A DNA stretch of 64,000 nucleotides from Anthoceros angustus (lineage: Eukaryota; Plantae; Anthocerotophyta): the NCBI GenBank assembly GCA_010909165.1, contig MU008204.1:265810-329809 (forward strand). Direction: 5' to 3'. The notes beneath the pieces were generated by a model that did no database searches, was not told where the DNA came from, and saw only the letters and a list, made by a program, of their open reading frames with translations. The translations under genes and the position numbers were made by a program. Shown here piece by piece: positions 46,801 through 58,639 of this stretch. How positions within the stretch are numbered: position 1 is the stretch's first letter; each line of letters begins with the position of its first letter.

Positions 46801-49736
46801 CTGTGATAACTGTGACACATTTCACTCTCATTTTTGATGCCTGCACTCAATTTGAGGACAGCTAGGATGGAGACAATGGATGTGGGGCATCCCACGACTT
46901 GGAAGAGTAGGATGTGGCCGCATCGGAGGCAGACGGGGAGCTTGACAATAAGAAGGAAAAACAGGGCTGCTTCTCTTCCTTCAAACAGTGGCAGAGCTGG
47001 TGTGGGAGCGCGCGAGCTTCTGCTTCTGTCAAACTTCTGGTTGAAGGATGATAACGATGTCGACATAAGGCTGGATCGCCGGCCAGAAGTGGTAAGCAGT
47101 GTTCCCCTCAGGCAAAATCCACACAATGTGCATGAAATGGCATAAGAGAGCGGAGCTTTCAAGGATAACCCAGCCAAGCAGATGCTTACATTCACAGAAG
47201 CTGTCAACACTGTGGGCAAGCCATGTGACATACGCTATGGATGGCCTTTGCCATTGTACGAAGCCCACAACGATCTTGAGAATGTAAGGGTGATTCTCGA
47301 TAAGGCCGTGCAAGACAGTTGATGATCTGGCTACCGTGTGGTGTGACAGGGCAGGGCAGGGCAGGGCAGGGCAGAAATTTCAAAGGTGCTCTGGAACTAA
47401 TGAGACGTGCAGCTGCTGAGCCTAATGCTGCAGTGAGGAGGAAAGGTAAGCACTTTGTGGGCGGCTAGTCATGCACATGCACGTGAACAAGAAGTTGGAC
47501 ATATCTGATGAGGAGTGTATATCTTGTTCTGTAATCTTGTGCTCGTGGACTGCTTACAGTTGCTGCAGATGGCGAAGAGCCAGTTGAGATGAAGCCCTGT
47601 GGACAGCTTCTACGTTGGCAGGAAATCAGAAATTCTGTTAACGTTGCCGAACCCTAGGCAAACAGCCTGGTCATTCTGTTGACTACAGGTGATGAAATCT
47701 AATCTTTTGGATGTTGGTCCTCCTCATGTAGAGCTCAAAGAGCGACACCTAGGCTAGGCTAGCCTCACGCATATCACTGCCGAGTTTCCGCACAACACCA
47801 ATAGTGATGTTGTGGCTCATCCCCTTCTGTCCCTTGCATGATCTCAAACAGACGACAAGCTTTTCCATGGACTCTTGCCATTGTTGCTCAGGTCATTATG
47901 CATGAATCAAAGTTTGAAGCTGATGATACGGGGTTCAGTTCCGTTCCTCCCACCGTGACGGTTCAACGCTCACTCAAATTAACACTCTTCGCACACAGCT
48001 TTCAAAAGAGAGTTAGTTATACACTACAAGATTGACCTCTGCTTGCTTCTTCCGGTCGCTGGCCGAACAAGCTGTAGGCTCCATTAAGACGTCCAATCTT
48101 TCCCGAGACAAATCTATTCAAGTGCAGAGAGCTTATAAGGAACAGCAGACGGCGTTGCCTGCCTGAGCTTCATTTCTTCAAAGAGCAAGATTGAACTTGC
48201 TTGCTTTTGCAAGACCACGGTCGTCTGAACGTATGCGACTGGAGCATGATTCCACCCTCTGTTCTCCAAAAACAGACAGGAGGGAAAGATTCCTGCACCT
48301 GCTTCACATCACATCACATGACAGCAAGCCTTGAGGATAATGTTGTGTGTGATAAAAACAGGAGGCAAGCCAAATTCCCTCCCCAATGTTGCTAAGCGAG
48401 CAGACCCAAAACACCTTGTAATGGATCTGCCTTTTCCAGCGCATGAATATTGCAATGTGGTGTGCACTTGCATTCAGTCTGACTCCTTTTGATGGTGATC
48501 ATGAGTTGTGAATCACTTGATGCCCTCGAAGTGGCGCAGAATGGAAGTGTCGACCCGAGCACGCGCTGGAAGGAGGAAAGCCGGCCTCCCCCGCCGTTTG
48601 CTGATGTGTGTGATCTCCTCAGCATCCACATTGAGGGCCGCAGGCGCAGGTGCAGGTGCAGGCGCGGAAGGAATGGCCTGGAATTTTGACAGGGACGATC
48701 TTGTTCATTGGTTATTAATACTGTAGTTTATTGGTTATTGTGTTGTTATTGAGGTCGTGGCATGAAACAATAAACCATATTGATTGCACAGGGGTGTGCA
48801 CAAGTGTTAATAAAGCGTTTTGTGCCCAGGCTGTAGTACGGCATGGGTGAGGGTCTGTAGGATACCTCACCGTTAGGTCGTGCAGCCTCGAACTACCTAC
48901 GGTAGACAGGCCTTCATATCCGTCGTCGGCTGGTCAGAGTGGGAAGCCGTGGAAACCGTGTAGCCCGGCCGGCTGGGTGCACGTGTCAGACGAATGAGCT
49001 CCTGGCTATCTATGCCAGGAGTCGACAGCCAGCCGACACTCTGACGGATCCCCCCTTTTTCCCATTTGTTTTTTTTTTTTTGAATCGCCAGACCTGGTTC
49101 TGGGGCCCACCAAGCCCCTCAAACACTTGGCGGGCATGGGCATCTTCCATGCCCCAACTCCTACATCTTCACAAGGCACTCAGCCTCAAGCCTCAAGCCT
49201 CAATTTCCCCTATCTTCAAGTCTTCATAAGCTTCACAGTTGTGAATGACCATCCAGAACCGCTGCACTACCATCTCTCTCTCGTTTCTCAAGTCCACACC
49301 GGTGACACATGAATTTGGCAGTCATTGCACATGCCAACGTTTTTCGTGACTAACAAAGGTGTGCCATCAGCCCATTAGCCCACCACATGCCAAGCCCACT
49401 TTCTCCGAATCTTCTCTCTTCCTCACACACTTCCTTCCTTCCTTCCTTCCTTCAATACCAACTGAGTTTGTGGAACGTGTCCTCCCTCCATGCTCATCTT
49501 CAAACTCATGCTCACGCTCCTATCAGCAGCTTTCACCACATGTCACACCCATCTTCCCCTCCCAGTGAGTGAACTTTGATGCAACATTGTCCTGCCTTCG
49601 CCATCGTCATACCTGCTAACCTGCTGACTTTCTCAACCTTTCTATCCCACCTGCCAACTGCACATACCAACTGGCATTGCGATTGCGAGCTTCCAACTTC
49701 ACGACTTGCTCCAAGCATCGCTGCCCATGCTCTATG
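43806..49736 (+). repeat. tandem unit 3, truncated (globulin 3' half at 43806-44821)
   Basis: Colinear with units 1 and 2 until ctgcccatgctctatg at 49736, then unrelated sequence. Confidence 0.95.
46422..47615 (+). pseudogene. SYF1: SYF1 fragment, unit 3
   Basis: Copy of 33363-34560. Confidence 0.9.
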
Positions 49737-50514
49737 CCTTAGGGGACGGACGCGCGTCCTGGCGCACGGCCTAGAACGGTCTCGGCATAATGAAATTAAA
49801 GAGTTGTTGCTTGGAGTACCCAGCTTATACTTCTTTTTCTCTCACTACGATGGAAGCACTTTTACATTTCTATAGTGCTTGGTTTTACCGTTCGTCAATA
49901 GTTATTTAACAGTTCACTGATAACTTGTGACAGTTTTGCTGAAAACTATACGCTAATAGTCTTCCACCGGCGTTGACAGATTGTAAACAGGTGATTTCGG
50001 AGTGTCATTTGGTGCAACTGCTTCTTCAACAGACCGATGCAGGAAGTCGAGTGGAGCCGCGTCTCGGCCCCAGACTCGGCCGCCCCCTTACGCTAGGGAA
50101 CGGACGCTTTTCTTTGATATGTATATGGCTCAGAAAGAAAAATTATCATTTCCATAATTTCATCCATACGAAAATATTTCTGCAACGAAAAATATGATAA
50201 ATTAGAATTTGACATTATTTTTAATTCTTTTTAATTTCATGCACTAACCTCAAAGAGTGCGAATAACTCCTTTTGGCTCTCCGAAAACTACAAACGAAGG
50301 TGGAAAGGAGTTAGTCACTAACCTCCATTTCAAGCCGCAGTTGATCATGCTTTGTGTATACCTTTTTGACCAATGTTAAACAAGTGCTGTGGAGATTTCC
50401 AGTCCTGGCGCCAGGACACATTACGGAAGTGTGCTCGTAAGTTCGGGAAAGACAAAACGTTTACGTCAGTCTTTACATCTTGTTTAAACAAACAATTTAC
50501 AATGATTTACCTTT

Positions 50515-51745
50515 TTAATATTCTTTGTTGTTTCCGGGTCCTCCATTAGAGCCAACAAATCTTTTGAGCTCTTTACTTTCAAGTGCAGTGGCAATCTCTG
50601 TAACGTCACATGTACGGTTAGAAATTACGGATATTGTGGATATATTGCATCAATTATTGTAGAATGAATCGAAAGAGAGGACAACTTACTCATTTGAATT
50701 TCACTATGTTGCTGGAGTGTTGGATTGGAACCGTCTTCATTATGGATTGGCTCTGTTGGATCTTCAATATTTTGTTCCCAAAGCGGAATGTAGTTCTTCT
50801 TGAAAACTTGGAATATTTCGGGATATTTATAGTGCTCCATCCATTTGCCAAATTCAGAAAATTCTGGGTTGGGACCGTACGTTGGTGCCTGAGCATCAAG
50901 CTCATCAATTTTTCGCTTGCCTTTTTAACCCTATAGAAGTGAGAAGGAAGTCAAGTAAATCTGGGGTTTAGGGTTAATACTATTTTAGATAAACATCAGA
51001 GAAGTGAAGAACCATAGCCTTACCTCATAGTATCCACTATTGTCGATTTTATTATCGACAATATCTATCTTATCCTTGATTTCTTTGGTAGCAGCTGCTT
51101 GTTCTCCTGCAAGCTGTTACACGCGTTTGTTTTAGTTGTTTGGACTTTATTAAAAATACAAACGAAATAGGTTTAAAAATACCTCCAATAGCAATTCAAC
51201 AGAAAGTTGATGCCCGTTGAATCTGTTAACAAGTGTCAGAGTCTCCAACTCTAACTGAGCTATTGTGCGGATATTCTTTTTTATATCCTGAAACCGATCA
51301 AAGATTAAGTCAATATCGAAACAAAATATCAAAATATCAGTCATGATATTTGATTTTACCTTCTTAATTTTTTTCAGTTCATCAGGCATCGCGCGAAGAA
51401 GCTGCAGGTCTTGTTTGTTCATGGATAAGAACATAGTATGTTCTATAACAACTGAAAGGGACAAAATCTATTAGTCGTGTAGACGAGAGAAACCCATACC
51501 AGAAAAATAATCTTACCTTTCTCCACTATCTTCCGTATTTCGAGGAGTGGAAGCTCCATCTCTGGTCTGCCGCCATATCCTGGATCCCCATGGTCAGGAA
51601 CTTTTTTGTTTCAAGGTGCGCTGGCAATGTTATCTTGCTGAACACTCCGATAGTCGCTCTCTGAAAGACATTATATTGATCAGGGAACATAAAGAGTCAA
51701 AGAGAAAGGACAAAGTGACTTCTTACCTTCCTCAATATCCACCAT
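50515..51745 (-). pseudogene. cryptic AT-rich 7-exon gene of unknown function with two internal stops
   Basis: Exons 51745-51727, 51660-51517, 51451-51360, 51287-51183, 51113-51024, 50930-50690 and 50597-50515 are separated by GT-AG introns of 66, 65, 72, 69, 93 and 92 nt. All phases are compatible and the total is 774 nt (258 codons). Confidence 0.7.
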
Positions 51746-52219
51746 TGCGTCGTCGCTTTCAGATTCCGAACGCATTCTGGAAGGGTCAGAGCCGCTACAT
51801 TAAACCGGATGGTGAGCGTGTACGCACACGCGGTTAAGCGGACGCAAATATTCATTGGATGTTAGGTGATTTTGAGGACTTACATTGAGTACTGCAGGCA
51901 CCTGTTCGTTTGGAATACCCTTCTAAACTCAACACAAGGAAAGAGGGATTGAATGAGTACTGGATACTGCGTTCAACCACTCACTGCCTTGTGATGCAGA
52001 GGTATTGCTGCGCACACCTTCGAACTTAAGACAGTCTCGCCACGAGGATTTAGGTGCAATTTGATCGCTGCTGAATTCTTCTGCACGGACAGACACAGTT
52101 AGTTAAACATCTCGACTGAACATCTTGATCAGGAATTTAGAGTCTCGGAAAGCTTCCTACTCATCAAATCCACATTAGTCTGGCATTTTGGACTTACGGC
52201 TGCAAATTTCACAAGACAA

Positions 52220-54920
52220 CTTGAGCGTAAACCTTTCAATTCTCTTACAAGGCGGTCTTCTCTTGAAGTTCTTTCTTCAGCACGTCGCGCAGCTGCGATT
52301 GCTGCCAATATTGTCCCTTTCCTGCGTAGAAACAAAAACCATCAGAATCAATAGATGGGTGATGCTTATGACCAACACGAAGAACCTTACGATGAACCTG
52401 ACCTTTCACTGCTTGTTGTGACTGCGTTCATGCAAGAGCAATTGCTAAAGACTGCACCTGCAAGTTGACATTTATTCGCTTGCAAGACGACATGAAACAA
52501 CCCTAGAACATGAGATGCGAAGCCTTGGGTGACCGCCCAAGACTTGTGAAAATGGAAGATGTATACATAACAACATCGCATCATGTCCTATTGTTGAGCT
52601 AAAAAGAAAGGCGGAGGGCTTACATGATCGACTTTGTGTCCGCTCAGCATGATGTGTCTTTTGCACTTAAGGAGCGTACAAGCAAGCAGATTGCTGAAGA
52701 CGATTGTGTTGAGACAACAAGCAAGGGCCACCACCGCCGACAAGAAACACGTTAGTAACCCATTCCATGGATGACAACTGACAGCAATCAAAGAAAAGCA
52801 CCAAGATCAGACAAGCTTAAAGGGCACAATCAACTTTCCTTCTATGGCAGGGGACTTCAAGGAGCTTTGCCAGTCCAGGCTGCCAGCAACTCGGTTCACC
52901 CCAAAAACTTGGCTCACCCCAAAAACTTGGCTCACCCCAAAACTCTGTTGACGAGCAACAAGTGCCCTTCTATGTAGCCATGGCGACCGCAGACAAGTAC
53001 TCCTACATATGCTGGGCAGTAACGACTGGCGCGGGGTTGGCCACCACGTGTCAGACAAAACGTGTTAATAACAGCCATTCCATAGACAACTGAGAGTAAT
53101 CAAAGAAGCATGAGGGATTCTGTTCGAAAAGGCACAACCAACTTTCCTTCTATGGCGGGGGACTTCAAGGAGCTTTGCTCAGCCGCCAAGATCTGCTCTT
53201 TTCTCAACTACTATTCACCCCAAAAATTTCTCGACGAGCAGCAAGAGCAGCGCCTCCTACGCAGCCATCGCGAGTGTGGAGGAAGTACGCCAACACATGC
53301 TGGGTAGTAACGGCTAGCGTGGGATCGGGAAGAAATAGGAGGAAGAGACGTAACGCGGGCGAACTGAGCTCGTTTAAGTAAGAGAAGGTGGATGGTTCTA
53401 GGTGTTTCCAGCTAGATACCCATGTGTCAAGCGCCGATTAGTTGCTAAGTTAGGCTTACGCCTGTCTGTTCGTAGTTTTTAGGTTTGATAAAAAGGCGGC
53501 GGTAGCATGGCTAGTGTGAACGAATCATTTTCGTAGGTAGGTTTGTTACCGAGCTTGAGCGTAAACCTTTCAATTCTCTCTTACAAGGCGGTCTTCTCTT
53601 GAAGTTCTTTCTTCAGCACGTCGCGCAGTTGCGATTGCTGCCAATATTGTCCCTTTCCTGCGTAGAAACAAAAACCATCAGAATCAATAGATGGGTGATG
53701 CTTATGACCAACACGAAGAACCTTACGATGAACCTGACCTTTCACTGCTTGTTGTGACTGCGTTCATGCAAGAGCAATTGCTAAAGACTGCACCTGCAAG
53801 TTGACATTTATTCGCTTGCAAGACGACATGAAACAACCCTAGAACATGAAGCATGCCAGTCTTGGGCAGACTGCCCAAGACTTGTGAAAAATGGAAGACA
53901 GACCCACATAACAACTGCATGCTGCATCATGTCCTATTGTTGAGCTAAAAAGAAAGGGCAGAGGGCTTACATGACTGACTTTGTGTCCTGTTCAGGCAGC
54001 GGACAGGTCTTTTGCACTTAAGGAGCGTACAAGCAAGCAGATTGCTGAAGACGATTGTGTTGAGACAACAAGCAAGGGCCACCACCTGTCAGACAGTAAA
54101 ACACGTTAGTAACCCATTCCATGGATGACAACTGACAGCAATCAAAGAAAAGCACCAAGATCAGACAAGCTTAAAGGGCACAATCAACTTTCCTTCTATG
54201 GCGGGGGACTTCAAGGAGCTTTGCCGATCTACCACAACTCGGTTCACCCCAAAAACTTGGCTCACCCCAAAAACTTGGCTCACCCCAAAACTCTGTTGAC
54301 GAGCAACAAGTGCCCTTCTATGTAGCCATGGCGACCGCAGACAAGTACTCCTACATATGCTGGGCAGTAACGACTGGCGCGGGGTTGGCCACCACGTGTC
54401 AGACAAAACGTGTTAATAACAGCCATTCCATAGACAACTGAGAGTAATCAAAGAAGCATGAGGGATTCTACAAGCTGAAAAGGCACAACCAACTTTCCTT
54501 CTATGGCAGGGGACTTCAAGGAGCTTTGCCTGTCCAGGCTGCCAGCATCTCGGTTCTTCTCAACTACTATTCACCCCAAAAATTTCTCGACGAGCAGCAA
54601 GAGCAGCGCCTCCTACGCAGCCATCGCGAGTGTGGAGGAAGTACGCCAACACATCTTTGGGTAGTAACGCTAGCGTGGGATCGGGAAGAAATAGGAGGAA
54701 GAGGCGATGCAGGCGGCCAGGCTCGTTTAAGTAAGAGAAGGTGGATGGTTCTAGGTGTTTCCAGCTAGATACCCATGTGTCAAGCGCCGATTAGTTGCTA
54801 AGTTAGGCTTACGCCCCGCCCGTTGCTGGTTCAGAGTTTTTAGGTTTGGATAAAAAGGGCGGCGGCGGCGGCGGCTAGTGTGAACGAATCATTTTCGTAG
54901 GTAGGTTTGTTACCGAGCTT
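52220..54920. repeat. two tandem ~1.33-kb units, each with an internal ~100-bp duplication and an 18-bp (ctcaccccaaaaacttgg)x3 repeat
   Basis: The anchor cttgagcgtaaacc occurs at 52220 and 53554. The second unit ends at ccgagctt 54920. Confidence 0.9.
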
Positions 54921-55007
54921 CGGGCGTTAGGTCTGAGAATTTGACCTTAGGTCTGGTAGAGAGAGGTTGTCGGCGCCGACAGAGAGAGAACCAAGGGTTT
55001 TTGTGTC

Positions 55008-55014
55008 TATATAA
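55008..55014 (+). promoter_or_regulatory. candidate TATA box
   Basis: TATATAA followed by a pyrimidine-rich stretch. The associated transcript is not defined. Confidence 0.3.
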
Positions 55015-55460
55015 GGCTCTTTTCCTGCTATTTTGTGTCTTTCAGTTCAGCGTTGTTCAGGCTTGTTTGCGATTTCGTCGGCATTAGGTCTTGGCGTTTA
55101 TCGGAGAGACGGTGTGTGTTTGCGTCCTCTAGCTGTTGCCCCTGTATTGTCTGCCTTTCTTGTTGTTTCCTTGAGGTCTTTGTGTTTGGTCGAGCCCCTA
55201 TGTTCCATCTTTTCTTTCTCTCCAGACGACTTGTTTGATACCTATGCTCAGAGCTGTGAACGTTTTCTTTGGTCTTGTGTATGCTGATTTTGAAGTGTCC
55301 CTATTGGAGGACTTTCATCATTCAAAAGTGTCTTTTGGCGCTAAGGTCACTCTTGGACGGTGTCAGAGGTGAGGAGTGTGTTTCGGAAGAGATGTTGTCA
55401 GGGGCAGCGATCGATGAAGTCCTTTGAACTGCAAGTTTCCTACGCGACTGCCATCCTCTG

Positions 55461-56429
55461 CGACAAGGCCAGTTTTATAGTCAACATGCTTTCAATGACT
55501 GTTTCATCTTTTGTGTTGTCTTAAGTAAGCAGAGCTGTCTCGCTGCTTCAAATGCAAGGGCAGAGTCCTAACGTAGGTGAAGGCGATTGCTGTGTCACTT
55601 TTTGCTTCACTTCTGGGACTCCGGGTTGATACTTGTTACTTTTCTTGTAATCGAATCTGGGAGTAACACAAATAAGAACAGGGAGTAACACAAACAATAG
55701 GTTGTGTGGGGGTATGACTCTATCCTATTAGAAAAGGTGCTACGTTCTCGTTTCCTTTTGATATCAAGTCAAGTCTTGATCTGCTACTTGGTCAGGCACC
55801 GTCGTTTTTGTCCATATGTTCTAGACTACTTGGGCAAACGAACGTTTCACAGTATCTATCTACGTTTGACAGTAGCTATCTGAACGAACTTATGACAGCC
55901 TCCGCTTACGCCTTACTCCCTTATTCGCTTTTAGTTTTAAGGCTCCGGCCGACAAGGCCGGTTTATAGTCAACATGCTTTCAATGACTTTCATCTTTTGT
56001 GTTGTCTTAAGTAAAGCTGCTTCAAATGCAAGGCGTAGTCCTAACGTAGGTGAAGGCGATTGCTGTGTCACTTTTTGCTTCACTTCTGGGACTCCGGGTT
56101 GATACTTGTTACTTTTCTTTGCAGAACTGAACGGGGAGTAACACAAATAAGAACAGGGAGTAACACAAACAATAGGTTGTGTGGGGGTATGACTCTATCC
56201 TATTAGAAAAGGTGCTACGTTCTCGTTTCCTTTTGATATCAAGTCAAGTCTTGATCTGCTACTTGGTCAGGCACCGTCGTTTTTGTCCATATGTTCTAGA
56301 CTACTTGGGCAAACGAACGTTTCACAAGATTCTATCTACGCTTGATGAGCTATCCGAACGAACTTATGAGCCGATCCCAGATTCGTCTTACTCCCTTATT
56401 CGCTGCTTTAGAGTCATAAGGCTCGACAA
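55461..56429 (+). repeat. 489-bp tandem duplication, with a more degenerate third echo at ~56520-56790
   Basis: The anchor cgacaaggcc.gttt.atagtcaacatgc occurs at 55461 and 55950, and the hexamer cgacaa recurs at 56424. Confidence 0.9.
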
Positions 56430-56871
56430 TGATAATCGTCGGGCACTTAAAGCCTCTTGTGTTACCTGATGCGCTCTGTGTTTCGTCTTGTTTTGATCAT
56501 ATCATGCATCAAGTATCTTTGTGCTTAATTGCAGTTTCATTCTTCCCTCACTTTTGGGACTCCTAATTGATTCTTGTTATTCTTTTTTGCAGAACTGAAG
56601 AAAAAACAAAGAGTAACACAAACGGGGGGTATGACTTTGTCCTGTTGGAGAAGGTGCTATGTCCTTGTTTTCTTCTTGACATGAAGTCAAGTTTTGATCT
56701 GTTACTTGTTCAGGCATTGTCTTGTTCATTTTTCTTGGTTTTCGGTTGAACGAACGTCTGATTATAGCTATGTATTGTCTGATAAGAGCTTTTCTGAACG
56801 TCTGACAAGAGCTTTTTTGTTACGTCTAGTTCCTTTTTGTCGTTTGGAGTGTGTCATCGGCGATAGTGATG

Positions 56872-56964
56872 GATGTGATGTGATGCGATGTGATGGCGAT
56901 GTGATGCGATGTGATGTGATGGCGATGTGATGGCGATGTGATGTGATGTGATGTGATGTGATGT
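56872..56964 (+). repeat. (GATGT)n compound microsatellite
   Basis: Direct reading, with GATGC/GATGGC interruptions. Confidence 0.9.
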
Positions 56965-58639
56965 TGTTAAGTCACCGATGTGATGATCCTCTTGTGTTAC
57001 TTGTTGCCCATGTTGTTTTCTGAACATATCATGCGTCAAGTGGCTTTGTGCGTTGTATTTTGTCTGCCCTTCGGTTGCAGCCTTGCTAAGTATTGAAGGT
57101 TTCTTTCTTATGTCGCCCGACCTTTTGCGTTTTTTCGTTGTGTATAAGCGCATGGGTCGCCTTGTAAAGTGTTGTTGGTAAAAGACATTTTGTTTTGATA
57201 ATATCTTGCTGGTTCTGAATAGTGCGTAGTTCCATTGTAAAGGACGTGTTGGTTTTAGTCGCGAGTAGTTGGCATGCTCATTGCAGTTGTCATGCCTGTT
57301 GGACATTCTTGGATATATTGTCTGGTTGTAGAGCGTTGCTTATATCTACGCTTGGTGTGGTTCGCCTGTGCTAATCTAGGACTTGCTTACTCTTTCTTTC
57401 TCGTATAAGTTGTACCTATGTTCTGTGTTACTAGTTGTTGATCTGGCTGGCACAAATTTTTGTTTTGGTCCTTACATGATGTGTTATATGGCAGGAAGTT
57501 GCAGACGGTTATATTTTTCTTCCGCCTACTCGCCAGTCTTGATCAGGCAATGTAGCTGTTCAAGTTCGTCTTCATTCACGATATCTTAAGTGGTTACCCA
57601 TTGGTACGTGTCACAACTAGAATCTTTTGTTTATTTCAGCTTGCTTTTAATGACAGTTTTGGGTCCATGCATGGTTTGGTTATTCACTATCAGTGGTAAC
57701 AGATGAAACAAGGGCAACATGTCACTTTTTGTCACCTTTAAAAGAATTTAAAATATCTCACAAATGACAACAGTATTATACTCCCTATTTTTTGAGTACT
57801 CTCAAGAGATAGTGACGTCTCAGTGTCCCACATTCTCGAACTTCCGTCTGAGAAGCTGAATCTGGATGAGCCCGTCAAGACTGGCAGCAAGAACCTGAAC
57901 CCCGTTCAAGTTGGGGTGCAAGTGATGGAAAATGTATGTCGGTGTGCTTCCTGTTTGGTCTTCACTGGCTACCTCATTGCTGTTGGTTGGTGGTAGTTAC
58001 AAACCATTTGTCGTCATGAGCTTCCTTCGCTGGTACCCCAACTAGCCCCAGAACACCTCAAGTTTGAGCCAGTTATACCACTCGATACAACTGCCCTCAA
58101 AGCCAAAGCTGGTGGGGGAAGAGAGTGATTGCCATGGGAGGCACTGGTACGAGGGTATGTTAGACGTACCACTCTGTTTGATTGAGGGAATGCATCCTGT
58201 GAATACGGGATCTCTCGAGCTTTTCTTCCTCTTATTGCAAAAAAGAGTCAAGTCAGTTCATATAGTACAGTTTTGTATAAGTACAGTTCAGGCCTCAGCC
58301 CCCTGGATGCAGGCATACGAAGGAATTGGGCTTGTACACTCATCTGGTACGCTGCATGACCGGAACCTTCAACGGAATTCACGAATTATTGCATTCCAGC
58401 GGACTCCTCAAAATTGGCCGGCGAAGCATTAAAGTTAATTCCTAGTCAGCAGAACACAAAATTACGACTTGCAGGAGTGGTAAAAAGACCATGGCTCAGA
58501 TACGTGTATGGCGTTTTATCCCGCAGGAGATTCACCTATGGTCAGGGGATGAACTCTTTGAGGTGCCTCCAGAGGCAAGAACATTCTGAAGCTGCGCCAC
58601 CTGCAGCCATGAAAGGTTAAGAGACCAAACGAACATATT

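Noticed and set aside
20158-49736. Treating each frameshift as a real pseudogenising mutation
   Set aside because: Sibling copies differ by scattered 1-nt homopolymer indels typical of long-read error, so functional status cannot be decided from this sequence alone.
49739-49760. Helitron 3' end (hairpin plus CTAA on the minus strand) or hAT TIR (TAGGG)
   Set aside because: The spacing and the flanking A|T rule are not met, and no matching inverted terminus was found in the window.
57780-58430. Exon-like plus-strand fragments (SHILELPSEKLNLDEPVK; GLSPLDAGIRRNW)
   Set aside because: They contain stops, I could not build a consistent model, and no family was recognised.
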